Below, in pieces: positions 21,015 through 32,039 of a DNA stretch of 64,000 bases (its first letter is position 1; every line of letters begins with the position of its first letter). The DNA comes from a bacterium. GTDB lineage: Bacteria > SAR324 > NAC60-12. The position numbers and the translations under genes were made by a program. The stretch is from contig CBDDTI010000747.1 of NCBI GenBank assembly GCA_965233585.1, positions 64,001 to 128,000 of the forward strand. The letters are read 5' to 3'. Below the pieces are notes generated by a model. It did no database searches and was not told where the DNA came from. It was given only the letters and a program-made list of their open reading frames with translations.

Positions 21015-21496
21015 TCAAGGAAAAATCGTTCACAAGATTGGAAATGATGAAACTCCTCATTTTTTTGGTATTTATTCAGGTCTTGATTTCTTTTTCAACC
21101 TTTGCTTTACAAATTTCTCTGGAGCCTGAAATACCTACATTTGTCAATTCTTTCACATCGCAAGGGGCAACCGTTAACCTGACTACTGTCAGAGTCAGGG
21201 TCTTTGAAGACTATGAATTAAGTGTTTTTAGATCTTCTGCTGTGTTGGGAGCTAGTTTTGAAATCTTTGAAAACATCAACGACCAATTTTACCTAAAATA
21301 TGGTGCATTGATACCTCTGGGAGTAAGTTTAAGTATGGGCTATATGATCTTCAAAGATTGGTTTTTATTTGAGACCTCCAATTTGAGGTTTGAATATAAA
21401 ACGTCAATGCACTTTGGTCAAAGTGTTTATGGTATAGATGCACCAAGTCCCCGTTTCATTCATTGGGTTTCATTAATGTACTCCTACAGATTTTAA
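20990..21496 (+). CDS. Hypothetical exported protein, possible small outer-membrane beta-barrel
   Basis: MKLLIFLVF..STFA signal peptide from an internal Met; C-terminal MYSYRF. Confidence 0.55.
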   Translation: MVCRIYILIKEKSFTRLEMMKLLIFLVFIQVLISFSTFALQISLEPEIPTFVNSFTSQGATVNLTTVRVRVFEDYELSVFRSSAVLGASFEIFENINDQFYLKYGALIPLGVSLSMGYMIFKDWFLFETSNLRFEYKTSMHFGQSVYGIDAPSPRFIHWVSLMYSYRF

Positions 21497-22458
21497 ATTT
21501 GTTCAAAGTGCCTGCTTTTTCCAAGTTTCAACCTGTCATCGCAGTTGTTGTTGTGTTTCTCACGCAAACAGGGTTCATTGTTTTTAGCACAAGTGGTGGT
21601 GTTTTAAAGTGGGAGGTGAAGCCAGAAGAGACAGTTCCTTTGATTCTTGTGACAGAAAACTGTCAAAAATGTTCTTCCCAACAAGAAGCCATTGAGGCTT
21701 TCAACAATGGCATCAATGCTTGGAATTCGGTGGAAAGTTCTTTTTTTCAGTTTGAGGGGAAAGTAGAAGCTGGAGCAGTAGATGTGGAAGACCAGATCAA
21801 TGTTGTTGGCTTTAGATCTTTGCAAAAAGGGGTGTTAGGGCTAGCTAGGTTTTACGTTCGCAGCGGCTCAATTACGGAAGCTGATATCTCAATAGATCAA
21901 GATATTGAAGTTTCCAAACTGGAGTCTGTTTTAATCCACGAGATAGGACATGCTCTTGGTTTGGGACACGATCATGTAGATTTGAAGTCTATCATGTCCT
22001 ATTTTCGTTTTGACAGCAAATCAGGTCTTGGAGTTGATGATATTGTTGGAGTCAGCTATCTTTACCCCGTTGACAAAGATAGTGAAGTGCAACCCACTTT
22101 TGGCTGTGGTACAATTACGGGTCATCACCCCCCTTTTTTAGGTCAAAACTTCATTAATTTTTTCATACTTTTTGCTCTCACTTTTGGCTGGATTTACATT
22201 TCTTCTCGTCACCCAATTTGGATAAAGCAGCGACTGGCTGGCTTGCGAAAATATAAAATGATGACAGGTTTCTTCTTTTTGGGAGTCATCATGCTTTCAT
22301 GTGGCAGAGGACAACAAACAAACCACGGCATCAATTCACTGCAACTTGAAAATCTTGCAGGACAGACGCAACCTGACGCATACAATTTGCCTCATGTGGA
22401 ACAAACTGGACAAAATTCCTTTGTAGTGACATTCTTTTTTCCAAAAACATGGCATTGA
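21463..22458 (+). CDS. Matrixin/M10-like zinc metalloprotease, membrane anchored
   Basis: HEIGHALGLGH zinc motif, Met-turn SIMSY, DDIVGVSYLY. Confidence 0.88.
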   Translation: MGFINVLLQILNLFKVPAFSKFQPVIAVVVVFLTQTGFIVFSTSGGVLKWEVKPEETVPLILVTENCQKCSSQQEAIEAFNNGINAWNSVESSFFQFEGKVEAGAVDVEDQINVVGFRSLQKGVLGLARFYVRSGSITEADISIDQDIEVSKLESVLIHEIGHALGLGHDHVDLKSIMSYFRFDSKSGLGVDDIVGVSYLYPVDKDSEVQPTFGCGTITGHHPPFLGQNFINFFILFALTFGWIYISSRHPIWIKQRLAGLRKYKMMTGFFFLGVIMLSCGRGQQTNHGINSLQLENLAGQTQPDAYNLPHVEQTGQNSFVVTFFFPKTWH

Positions 22459-23168
22459 TTAGACACTTTCACAGAATTGCTTTTTTGATTATTTCGTTGC
22501 TGGGGTTTTGTTCAACTGCCATCATCTTAAGGCTATTTAACAAATTTGAACGCTCCAGAGCAAATACTTTTCTCAAACTTTATGGTGATTTAGTGGTCAA
22601 AGTCTTTCAAATTCATATAGAATTACAATACCAAAAGCCAATTTCATTGATTCCAAAGACCCCTTACATCATCATGGTCAATCACAATAGCTTGATGGAT
22701 ATTCCTGTTATTTTAAGCACCTTGTTAGGTCCACTGGGAGACACTCGTTTTTTAGCCAAAAAAGAATTGTTTCGTATCCCCATATTTGGTCAAGCACTTC
22801 GTCAAGCCAACATGGTTTCTATTGACCGTCAAAGCATGGAACAAGCCAAAAAAGATTTGCTCATTGCAAAAAAATCTTTGGAAGATGGCATGACATTAGT
22901 TGTCTTTCCAGAAGGGACACGTTCTAACGATGGTCAGTTGCTACCTTTCAAGAAGGGTGCATTCTTTGTCGCTATTGAGATAGGAGCAACGATTATCCCC
23001 GTCCGCTTGAAAGGTGTCTCAAAAATTCTTCCTGCTCGCTCACTTAAAATTCAACCTAAAGGCGATGTTCAAGTGCGTATTGGGGGGCCTATTTGTTGTC
23101 AAGGTTATACTATTGAAGATCGTGAGGATTTAGTTCAAAAAGTTCGTCAAGCCATTTTAGATTTATGA
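22449..23168 (+). CDS. plsC: 1-acyl-sn-glycerol-3-phosphate acyltransferase
   Basis: NHNSLMD (NHxSxxD), FLAKKEL, FPEGTRS, FKKGAF. Confidence 0.93.
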   Translation: MALIRHFHRIAFLIISLLGFCSTAIILRLFNKFERSRANTFLKLYGDLVVKVFQIHIELQYQKPISLIPKTPYIIMVNHNSLMDIPVILSTLLGPLGDTRFLAKKELFRIPIFGQALRQANMVSIDRQSMEQAKKDLLIAKKSLEDGMTLVVFPEGTRSNDGQLLPFKKGAFFVAIEIGATIIPVRLKGVSKILPARSLKIQPKGDVQVRIGGPICCQGYTIEDREDLVQKVRQAILDL

Positions 23169-24361
23169 AAATTTATCGTCTGTTTAAAAATATTTTTTTG
23201 TCATTGATTTTTTGGATATTGCTGACTGGGCAGTTGTCTAACCCCATTGATGATTCTAATGTCGTAGATGGTCAGTCTCAAGATGTCAGTAACTTTTTTC
23301 AATCTTTCAAATCTACTTCTCAGCAAAAGACTCCTACATGGGTTTATATTGTGAGTGTAGTGGCTATTGTTGGTGGAATTTCAGGCATCATTGCATTCCA
23401 GGCTTACACGAAACGTATGAATAAGCTGAGAATGCAAAGAGCAACTGATGAAAAGGCTGCTGTGCATTTTGAAATGTTTTTGAAGAATAAAAAACTTTCT
23501 GATGCTGATACCAAGCTATTAGAACAGATTGCTGGATCTAAAAATCCATCAGATTTATACCTTTTAAGCCAAGAACCAGAAAAATTTGAAGAGAGAGTTG
23601 CACAACTGAAAGAAAACCCCCAAGTTTCCATAGACGCCAAAAAACTTTATAAGTTAAGGCATCGTTTAGGATTTTACTTTTTAAATACTAATGTTCCATT
23701 TGTAGCGACTCAAATGCTGACACCGGGTTTAAAACTGGAATGCCAAATTCCTCATAATGAAAAAAAGATATTGTTTGTTTCTCCCATTTTACGTGTGACA
23801 GAAAATGAAATTATGTTGAGACCTCCAACTATTAAAAAGAAACCTGTGAACTTAAAAAGGTTTCCCCACCTCACCTGCCGTATCAGACGTCAAAACATAG
23901 ACTATGAATTTAATTTATCTATTCTCAATCAAATCAGTGAAAAAAATCATGTCGTTGTAGTAGAACATAACAACATCATCAAAAAACTTTTTGTTCGTAA
24001 TTATGAAAGAGTAGAGTTGAATCTTGTCTCTCAAATTGAATATGTTACATCTGAATACTATGAATCAGTCAAAGGGCAGCTAAACCATCTTGTCGGGTTA
24101 GACTTTTTTGAAGGCACGATTATAGATTTAAGTCTTGGAGGTGTCAAAATAGAAGCATTAGAGATACCTAAGGAGCTTCAGCAAGGTCATATTTTACTTT
24201 TCCATTTAGATGAAGCAAAAATCAGGCAGAAACTCCCTGCAAAACTTTTGAGAATCCATGAACTAGAACAAGGGGTTTCATTACATCTTTCCTTTGTGCA
24301 GATAAGAGAATTGGAACGTATGAAATTAAGAAAATTTGTTTTAAAGCTCCAAGAAACATAA
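23165..24361 (+). CDS. Membrane-anchored PilZ-domain protein (putative c-di-GMP effector)
   Basis: C-terminal RNYER (RxxxR) and DLSLGG (DxSxxG) motifs; N-terminal hydrophobic segments. Confidence 0.8.
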   Translation: MKIYRLFKNIFLSLIFWILLTGQLSNPIDDSNVVDGQSQDVSNFFQSFKSTSQQKTPTWVYIVSVVAIVGGISGIIAFQAYTKRMNKLRMQRATDEKAAVHFEMFLKNKKLSDADTKLLEQIAGSKNPSDLYLLSQEPEKFEERVAQLKENPQVSIDAKKLYKLRHRLGFYFLNTNVPFVATQMLTPGLKLECQIPHNEKKILFVSPILRVTENEIMLRPPTIKKKPVNLKRFPHLTCRIRRQNIDYEFNLSILNQISEKNHVVVVEHNNIIKKLFVRNYERVELNLVSQIEYVTSEYYESVKGQLNHLVGLDFFEGTIIDLSLGGVKIEALEIPKELQQGHILLFHLDEAKIRQKLPAKLLRIHELEQGVSLHLSFVQIRELERMKLRKFVLKLQET

Positions 24362-24376
24362 AAATTATATTGTCTT

Positions 24377-26401
24377 TTGAGTATTTCTTTCATCAGTAAA
24401 CTACTGCTTTTCTATTTCTCTCTTTTTGTAATATCTTCATCGCTTAATCAATATCTAGCCAAAAGATATTCCTTTCAGCTCAAATACCTTCCTAAAGTTT
24501 CTTGGGGATTTTCTGTTTATTTTCTCATTTATATTGTCTCTTTCCAATTAGAATTTTTTATCTGGCAGGTTCATTTAGCATTGACGATAGTCATATTGTT
24601 ATCTATTTGTATTTTTGTCGGTACGTACATGATTTATGGGACTCTTTCTAAATGGCAGTTTCTAGTTCATCTGGTTTTATCCCAAAAAATATTACTGGCT
24701 GCAGGTTTCACTTTAGCAGTAGTGATGGTGATTCAAGGAGTCTACTTAGAGTTTCCTTCTGATCCTGTTCATCATTTACTATTCACACAAGATTGGTCCA
24801 CAGCATTACAATTTGGACAAGAAAGTGTGTATGACAATCTTAAAAAAACAAGCTTTACTTATTTTATCAATAACTGGTTGTTACAAAATAGTGGTCTTGC
24901 AGAAGGAAGTTATAGCGGATTGAATTTGTTGACTGGATTATTAACAGGTCTCTTTTTTTTTCAAATTTTAAAATTTATTTCTCTTTGGATTTCATCTAAA
25001 TCTCTCATTTTACTAGGAGGATTGTCATCATTCTTATTATTTGGCGTGTCAGATTTTAGCTTTTACAAGTATTATACTCTCGCACCTGTTTTTTATACCT
25101 ACTTAATTTTTTTAGAAACTTTAGTATTACTCATCATCTCTATTTTAAAAAATCAATATAAATACCTTGCTTTAACTCCTTTACTCATTTATTTCACGTG
25201 GCAGAATCATAAACAAGAGACGTTATTTATTCTAGTTGCTACTTCTGCATTGATCGCAGTACAAACATTACTTTTCAAAAAAAGAACATCTTATTCTTTT
25301 TATTATTTCAATGCTTCCTTATTTGCTATTGGTGTTTTGATCTTAATGGCACTTCTTCTTCACAACAAAAATACAATTTTTGCTGAAGGTGAACAAGTTT
25401 TGTTCCATTATTTTTCAATAGGGGGCTATATTTTTGAGTGGTTTAAACCAGCCATTAGTTATGACGTTTTAGGAGTTTTAGGAATCACACTATCAATATT
25501 TGCATTTCTATTAATCTTTAAAAAAGAGATACCAAGAAAGTATTTGCTTCTCTTTGGATTGTGTATCACCCCTTTTTTGATTTTGTACTCTGCTTTGTCA
25601 ATAGAGGTTCTGAAAATTCCCATTCCTAATCCTTTCAATTACTACCGTCTTTTTTATGGGGTGCCATATTGGATCATTCTTCCAATATTGAGTATGTTTG
25701 TCTTCTTGATTTTTCAAAAATATGGAATTTTTAGAAAACAATATTTGGTCAGAAAATATTTTATATTTCTTTGTTTCGTGATGCTTTTGTTACCTGTGGT
25801 GATACCTAACAGCAAAGCATTGGGAAGATTGAGGCATTTATTTCTACCATCTCCGCAAGCAGATGGTAGAGAACTAGCCCGAGTCATTCAATATCTGAAT
25901 CAAAACGCAGGTCAAGAATGCACTGACCCTTTCTATGTCAACTCATCTAATGCGAAAAAAAATACAAACCGGAATTTAAGAAGTTACATCATTACTGAAC
26001 CTTATATTGGTCAAGCCTTATCATTTACAGGTTACTTTTACCCTTTGATGACTCGCGAAAATGAAAGTTATTATTTTTTAAATAATGTAGAACCTTCACA
26101 GTTAAAAACCCGTGTTGGTACAACAAACTGGAAGTGGTTAATGGAGACTAACCCATCTGACAGGAATGTCTCACAGTTTGTCTCTCTTCTTAAAAACATA
26201 GAAGCATGTTACCTTGTAGTTTCCACACAGACAGAGTTTCCCACCAGCGTTTTAGGCAAAACAACCCGTCATTGGAACGCAGAGATAAGAAAAGACAGCT
26301 CATATTTTTCTCTCAAGTGGCTTCAATGGATTCGTTTAGCTCCTGATTCTTTTCTTTTAGTCTTTGATGACTCCCCTTTTCAAGTTTACCAAATCAAATA
26401 G
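24377..26401 (+). CDS. Polytopic membrane protein, possible GT-C fold glycosyltransferase
   Basis: Many TM segments, acidic loop motif EFPSDPVHH after the early TMs, soluble C-terminal domain; very T-rich. Confidence 0.55.
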   Translation: MSISFISKLLLFYFSLFVISSSLNQYLAKRYSFQLKYLPKVSWGFSVYFLIYIVSFQLEFFIWQVHLALTIVILLSICIFVGTYMIYGTLSKWQFLVHLVLSQKILLAAGFTLAVVMVIQGVYLEFPSDPVHHLLFTQDWSTALQFGQESVYDNLKKTSFTYFINNWLLQNSGLAEGSYSGLNLLTGLLTGLFFFQILKFISLWISSKSLILLGGLSSFLLFGVSDFSFYKYYTLAPVFYTYLIFLETLVLLIISILKNQYKYLALTPLLIYFTWQNHKQETLFILVATSALIAVQTLLFKKRTSYSFYYFNASLFAIGVLILMALLLHNKNTIFAEGEQVLFHYFSIGGYIFEWFKPAISYDVLGVLGITLSIFAFLLIFKKEIPRKYLLLFGLCITPFLILYSALSIEVLKIPIPNPFNYYRLFYGVPYWIILPILSMFVFLIFQKYGIFRKQYLVRKYFIFLCFVMLLLPVVIPNSKALGRLRHLFLPSPQADGRELARVIQYLNQNAGQECTDPFYVNSSNAKKNTNRNLRSYIITEPYIGQALSFTGYFYPLMTRENESYYFLNNVEPSQLKTRVGTTNWKWLMETNPSDRNVSQFVSLLKNIEACYLVVSTQTEFPTSVLGKTTRHWNAEIRKDSSYFSLKWLQWIRLAPDSFLLVFDDSPFQVYQIK

Positions 26402-26404
26402 TCC

Positions 26405-28162
26405 ATGCAATTCCCTCAAGATTTTGTCAACAAAAAAGATGTATGGTTCCCCAAGGATACAGATGACTCTATTTCATACTCTGACGGGACTGAATCAGAA
26501 AATTACCTTGAGCAGGTGTTCTTATCTTCTAGGGACAAAAGTTATTATTCACAAGAAATCGCAACAGCAATCAGAGACTGGCCTTCTAAATATCACTTGG
26601 ACGTCCGCAGGGCAAACCTTCTCAAACCTCTCAATTTGCAACCGCATCAATCCATTTTAGAACTTGGTGCAGGTTGTGGAGCAATTACTGCCTATTTGGG
26701 AGAACAAGGAAATAATGTTTTTGCAGTGGAAGGAGGAGTGAGGCGTGCAAAAATCAATGCTCTGCGGTGTCAAAACTTTGCAAATGTCAAAGTCATTTGT
26801 GCTAATTTTCAAGGTTTACAGTTTGATCAAAAGTTTGATGTTGTGACGCTTATTGGTGTTTTGGAATATAGCGGCGTTTACCTTGACAGCGCTAAACCAC
26901 ATCTTGAGGCATTGCAACTGGCAAAATCACATCTTAAACCTGATGGAATTTTAATTTTAGCCATTGAAAATAGGTTAGGCTTGAAGTATTTCGCTGGTGC
27001 TTTGGAAGATCACACCGGTCTTTTTGCAGATGGTCTTGAAGGCTATACCAGCGGTACAAAAATTTGTACCTTCGGAAGAAAAGAGTTAACAAAGCTTGTC
27101 AATGACGCAGGCTTTCAGCATCTTAAATTTTTATATCCTTTTCCTGATTACAAACTCCCCCACGTCATTCTGAACCTTGCTGAAGCCAATCATCAACAAA
27201 GCCCTCCGTCGCTTTATCAACAACTTCATTTAGAAGCTAATAACTCCAACGGACAATATCCTCATCATGTTTTCCAAGAATACCTTGTTTCAAAAGAACT
27301 GGAAAAAAATGGACTACTTGCAGATTTCTCAAATTCATTTTTGGTGATAGCAAGTCCATCTTGTCAGTTGGATACCTTTGAAAATCAAGGAATCCTTGCA
27401 TGGCGATATAACACGAATCGTGCAAAAAAGTTTGCAACAGCAATGCAAATCCAACAAGATGACTTAGGAAACAAAAGCATCACTAGACAACATGTTTTTT
27501 TAGATGAATCTATGCAGAACAGACAAACAACTTACTCCCAAAAATTGACTAAGTCAGATGCTTGGTATGAGGGGAAGTTGCTTTCAGAAGAATTACTATT
27601 TGCTATCAAAAGTGATTCATCAGGAAAAAAATTGACTGGATTACTGCAAGAATGGCTTGATTTTCTTAATCAAGTAAAATTGCAAAGAGAGCAACTTGAA
27701 TGTGTCCCTCCAAATTATTTTGATTGTAATCCCAATCATTTAATGAGAAGGAATGACGGCAGTTTACATTATTTTGATGATGAGTGGGTTGCCCCTAATC
27801 CAATAAATATCAAATTTGTCGTCTTTCGTGGTTTGATGCACTTACACCCCGCGTACGCCACTTGGGTCAATGCCTATTGGAAAGCATTGATTCCAAACCC
27901 CTCTGCAAAGTGTTTTATTTCTTGGGTTTTTGCACAGCTTGCTTTGTCATTATCAGATGCAGAAGTTGACACTTTTTTACAGCAGGAAGCTGACTTTCAA
28001 CAGGAAATCATGCTTGCATCACCTGAAACTTATGAAACTTTGAGGCAACATATCTTTTTTAAAAAACATGACAAACCCACTGTTGAAAAAGACTTACTGC
28101 CAGAAACATCACACGAGAAAAGCCTGCTACAAAAAATCAGAGAAAAATTGAAACTTTTCTAG
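26405..28162 (+). CDS. Class I SAM-dependent methyltransferase (surface-glycan-associated type)
   Basis: ILELGAGCGAIT, FDVVTLIGVLEY, LAIENRLGLKYFAG, YPFPDYKLP. Confidence 0.85.
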   Translation: MQFPQDFVNKKDVWFPKDTDDSISYSDGTESENYLEQVFLSSRDKSYYSQEIATAIRDWPSKYHLDVRRANLLKPLNLQPHQSILELGAGCGAITAYLGEQGNNVFAVEGGVRRAKINALRCQNFANVKVICANFQGLQFDQKFDVVTLIGVLEYSGVYLDSAKPHLEALQLAKSHLKPDGILILAIENRLGLKYFAGALEDHTGLFADGLEGYTSGTKICTFGRKELTKLVNDAGFQHLKFLYPFPDYKLPHVILNLAEANHQQSPPSLYQQLHLEANNSNGQYPHHVFQEYLVSKELEKNGLLADFSNSFLVIASPSCQLDTFENQGILAWRYNTNRAKKFATAMQIQQDDLGNKSITRQHVFLDESMQNRQTTYSQKLTKSDAWYEGKLLSEELLFAIKSDSSGKKLTGLLQEWLDFLNQVKLQREQLECVPPNYFDCNPNHLMRRNDGSLHYFDDEWVAPNPINIKFVVFRGLMHLHPAYATWVNAYWKALIPNPSAKCFISWVFAQLALSLSDAEVDTFLQQEADFQQEIMLASPETYETLRQHIFFKKHDKPTVEKDLLPETSHEKSLLQKIREKLKLF

Positions 28163-28219
28163 TCACCATCAACGAATACACTTTTTATCTAGCTAAATTT
28201 AGCTCTGAATGGCACACTC

Positions 28220-31200
28220 TCAAAAGCAAGTTTGGTTGTAAATCTTTTGTAATGGAAGGTGTTTGATTTCTATATTTTTAATTTTTTGAAGTGAGGAGAC
28301 AAAACTCTTTGCCCCTTCCATTGTGGTAAAGTAAGGCAAGTTGTAAAAAAGAGCCAGCCTTCTCAAATGGTTGCTTTCTATCCTTCGCCTACGAGATTCT
28401 GTGGTATTAATCACGAAAGCCACTTCATCTTTCTTGATATAGTCTTCAATATCATTGTCCTCCATTAAACATGTAGTCACATCAATCCCTTCATTTTTCA
28501 AGGTATTTGATGTCCCTTTCGTGGCTAAAATTTTATATCCCAATTCCCCAAGAACTGTTCCGAGTTCTAAAACTTTTGCTTTGTCTTGGTCTAAAACGGC
28601 AATGAAAGCATAGCCTCGTTTCGCAATATCATGGTACACCGCTAGTTGTGATTTGTAATAGGCTTGTGCAAAGTTGTTTCCAAGACCCATCACCTCACCT
28701 GTAGATAGCATTTCTGGTCCCAAAGTAGTGTCAGAACCTTCAAATTTGGTAAAGGGGAAGACGGTCTCTTTGACAGCATAATGCGGTAAGTTACTCCATT
28801 GATACCCAACCTGCTCCAAAGTTTCACCAAGCATCAGACGTGTTGCATATTTGATAAATGACACACCACGTGCCTTGCTGATAAATGGTGCTGTTCGCGA
28901 TGCGCGCGGGTTGACTTCTATCACATAAACTTCATGACCTCTGACTGCAAATTGCAGATTCATCAAGCCGATAACATGTAACTCCTTCGCTAAATCGCAG
29001 CTTTGTTGACGAATTTTCTCTTGCAGTTCACCAGATAAACTGTAAGGAGGCACGACGCAAGCACTATCTCCAGAATGAACCCCTGCTAACTCTATATGTT
29101 CCATCACTCCACAAACCGTCGCCTTCTCTCCATCACAAATGACATCAACATCAACTTCAGTGGCATCATTTAAAAACTTATCAATGAGGACAGGGGCTTC
29201 TTCAGAAACTTCAATCTCACTTGCAAAATATTGGCTGAGTTCCTCTATGTTTTGAATGATTGCCATAGCACGCCCACCCAAAACATAAGAAGGACGAACT
29301 AACACAGGAAAACCGATTTTCTCTACAATTTCTTTGGCTGATTCTTCAGAGTGAGCCATGCCATTTGCGGGCTGGTAAAATCCTAATTGATTGAGAAGCT
29401 CAACAAATCTCTGCCTATCCTCACAACGATCCACGCTGTCAAATGAGGTTCCTAAAATGGGAACACCAGCATTTGACAACTGTTTTGCAAGTTTCAGTGG
29501 AGTTTGTCCGCCTAGCTGGATGATGATTCCATCAGGATTTTCCAACTCTATGATGTGCATGACATCTTCAAATGTAATGGGTTCAAAATAGAGGCGATTT
29601 GACACATCATAATCTGTGCTGACAGTTTCAGGGTTGCAGTTCACCATGATGGCTTCATAGCCTTTTTCCTGCAACGCCATTGAGGCATGAACGCAACAAT
29701 AATCAAATTCAATACCTTGACCTATTCGGTTTGGTCCACTGCCAAGAATGACAACTTTTTTGTGTTTTGATGGAATAGATTCATTTTCTTGTGCATAAGT
29801 AGAATAGAAGTAAGATGTTTCAGAAGGGAACTCTGCCGCACAAGTGTCCACTTGTTTAAAGACAGGCAACACTTTCAACTGATTCCGCTTTTCCCTCACT
29901 TGAGCTTCAGAACAGTCTAATAATTGGGAAAGTCTGCAGTCTGAAAACCCTGACTTTTTCCATGATGCTATTTGGCTTTTTGCCACTGATGATAAAGAAG
30001 TGTTGCGAATTTCATCTTCCATTTCCAAGATCATTCCAATCTGCCTGATGAACCAGGGGTCAATTTTTGACCACTCGTAAACAGCACTTTCTTTCCAGCC
30101 ACGTCTTAGCGCATCAGCAAGATACCATAGCCTGTCACAAGTGGGTCGTGTCAGCTTTGCACGAATGACCTCCTCCATGTCATCTTGGTTGAAGTAATCA
30201 GGTTCTTCAAAACCTGCTGACCCAACTTCTAGCGACCTCAATGCTTTTTGCAATGCCTCACGAAAATTTCCGCCAATAGCCATCACTTCTCCAACGGATT
30301 TCATTTGTGTTGTTAGCTCTGGGTTGGAGTGTGGAAATTTTTCAAAGGCAAAGCGTGGAATTTTGACAACCACATAATCAAGAGTTGGTTCAAAACAAGC
30401 AGGTGTTTGCTTGGTAATATCATTTGGCAACTCGTCAAGCGTGTATCCAACAGCCAATTTTGCAGCAATTTTGGCAATAGGAAATCCGGTTGCCTTGGAG
30501 GCAAGAGCGGAACTCCTTGACACTCTGGGATTCATCTCAATCACAATAAATTCTCCCGTTTTGGGATTCACTGCAAATTGAATATTTGAGCCACCTGTTG
30601 CCACTCCGATTTCTCTGATAATGGCAATGGAGGCATCACGCAATGCTTGATATTCACCATCGGCTAAAGTTTGTGCGGGTGCTACCGTGATGCTGTCGCC
30701 AGTGTGTACTCCCATTGGGTCAAGGTTTTCTACTGAGCAAATAATGGCAACGTTATCACAAGAATCCCTTATGACCTCATACTCGTATTCTTTCCAACCT
30801 AAAACTGACTCTTCTAACAAAGCACTTTGAGAAGGCGACGCTTTGAGGGCGTGTTCAACAATTTTTTGTAGCTGGTCTCGGGTTTCAGCCACTCCTCCAC
30901 CTGTTCCTCCTAATGTAAAGGAGGGACGCACAATGATTGGTAAACCTATCAAATCCATTGCTTGTTCTGCTTCTTGCCATGAATGCACTAAACGGCTTTT
31001 AGCAACACGCAATCCAATTTTTGCCATGGAATCGTTAAACTTTTGCCTGTCTTCTGCCTTTTGAATGGACTGAATAGACGCCCCAATCAACTCAATCTTG
31101 TATTTAGCAAGAATCCCTTTGGCATCAAGTTGCATGGCTAAGTTCAGTGCGGTTTGTCCACCCATTGTTGGGAGAATAGCATCAGGTTTTTCTTGCTGAA

Positions 31201-31432
31201 TGATTTTTTCCAGACTTTCAACAGTCATTGGCTCAATATATGTCGCATCAACAAGGTCTGGGTCTGTCATAATCGTTGCTGGATTACTATTGAGCAACAC
31301 AATGCGGTATCCTTCTTCTTTCAACGCTTTACATGCTTGAGTTCCGCTGTAATCAAATTCACATGCTTGTCCGATGACAATCGGACCTGATCCAATCAAT
31401 AAAATAGTTTGTATGTCTGTTCGTTTAGGCAT
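28220..31432 (-). CDS. carB: Carbamoyl-phosphate synthase large subunit
   Basis: [57 protein letters not shown]. Confidence 0.99.
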   Translation of the reverse strand: MPKRTDIQTILLIGSGPIVIGQACEFDYSGTQACKALKEEGYRIVLLNSNPATIMTDPDLVDATYIEPMTVESLEKIIQQEKPDAILPTMGGQTALNLAMQLDAKGILAKYKIELIGASIQSIQKAEDRQKFNDSMAKIGLRVAKSRLVHSWQEAEQAMDLIGLPIIVRPSFTLGGTGGGVAETRDQLQKIVEHALKASPSQSALLEESVLGWKEYEYEVIRDSCDNVAIICSVENLDPMGVHTGDSITVAPAQTLADGEYQALRDASIAIIREIGVATGGSNIQFAVNPKTGEFIVIEMNPRVSRSSALASKATGFPIAKIAAKLAVGYTLDELPNDITKQTPACFEPTLDYVVVKIPRFAFEKFPHSNPELTTQMKSVGEVMAIGGNFREALQKALRSLEVGSAGFEEPDYFNQDDMEEVIRAKLTRPTCDRLWYLADALRRGWKESAVYEWSKIDPWFIRQIGMILEMEDEIRNTSLSSVAKSQIASWKKSGFSDCRLSQLLDCSEAQVREKRNQLKVLPVFKQVDTCAAEFPSETSYFYSTYAQENESIPSKHKKVVILGSGPNRIGQGIEFDYCCVHASMALQEKGYEAIMVNCNPETVSTDYDVSNRLYFEPITFEDVMHIIELENPDGIIIQLGGQTPLKLAKQLSNAGVPILGTSFDSVDRCEDRQRFVELLNQLGFYQPANGMAHSEESAKEIVEKIGFPVLVRPSYVLGGRAMAIIQNIEELSQYFASEIEVSEEAPVLIDKFLNDATEVDVDVICDGEKATVCGVMEHIELAGVHSGDSACVVPPYSLSGELQEKIRQQSCDLAKELHVIGLMNLQFAVRGHEVYVIEVNPRASRTAPFISKARGVSFIKYATRLMLGETLEQVGYQWSNLPHYAVKETVFPFTKFEGSDTTLGPEMLSTGEVMGLGNNFAQAYYKSQLAVYHDIAKRGYAFIAVLDQDKAKVLELGTVLGELGYKILATKGTSNTLKNEGIDVTTCLMEDNDIEDYIKKDEVAFVINTTESRRRRIESNHLRRLALFYNLPYFTTMEGAKSFVSSLQKIKNIEIKHLPLQKIYNQTCF

Positions 31433-31701
31433 AATGATTCAGTAAGTGATAAGGTAAGAACCTTGCTAGTATCAAGGAATTGATAAAACTTGGAAGATAT
31501 TTTAAATTTTGTGGAAGAGACGAAGAATCAATCATCTATGGGGCTATTTGGAGCAAGAGACCTGATACACCATCGCTGATTTTTGTTCTTTCAGAGAAGG
31601 AGATATTGTATCAAATGTATTGTGAATAGAGAAGAACACCCTGTATCTTTCTATCTGATGAGTTTGTCAGTGTTTAATTTCATACTTCAAAATCAACAAA
31701 C

Positions 31702-31977
31702 ATGAAAAGAATTGTCTTTGATAAAAGCATTCCCAAAGAATTGCTAGAATGTTCTTTGTGTAAAGGAGACTCCATGCTCATTTTTTCATCGGTGGAAGTG
31801 GGAGGCTATTTTTTATTGGAATGCAGGGAGTGTGGGGCATATTCCGAAGTGATGGACTCAGAGGTTTTAGAAAAACACTTGCACCAACCACCCAAAAAAA
31901 TTGGTGACGGTCAGGCACGTTGGGTTTCACAAATCTCTACAAAAATCAAAATGAAGCATAAACTGAAATTCAAATAA
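31702..31977 (+). CDS. Small zinc-ribbon-like hypothetical protein
   Basis: Two CxxC pairs (CSLC, CREC) in a 91-aa ORF. Confidence 0.6.
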   Translation: MKRIVFDKSIPKELLECSLCKGDSMLIFSSVEVGGYFLLECRECGAYSEVMDSEVLEKHLHQPPKKIGDGQARWVSQISTKIKMKHKLKFK

Positions 31978-32039
31978 TATCAGTGATGATTGAATCTACT
32001 TCTTAAAAAAGCAGGCTTCATTTTTGAATTTTTTATCAA

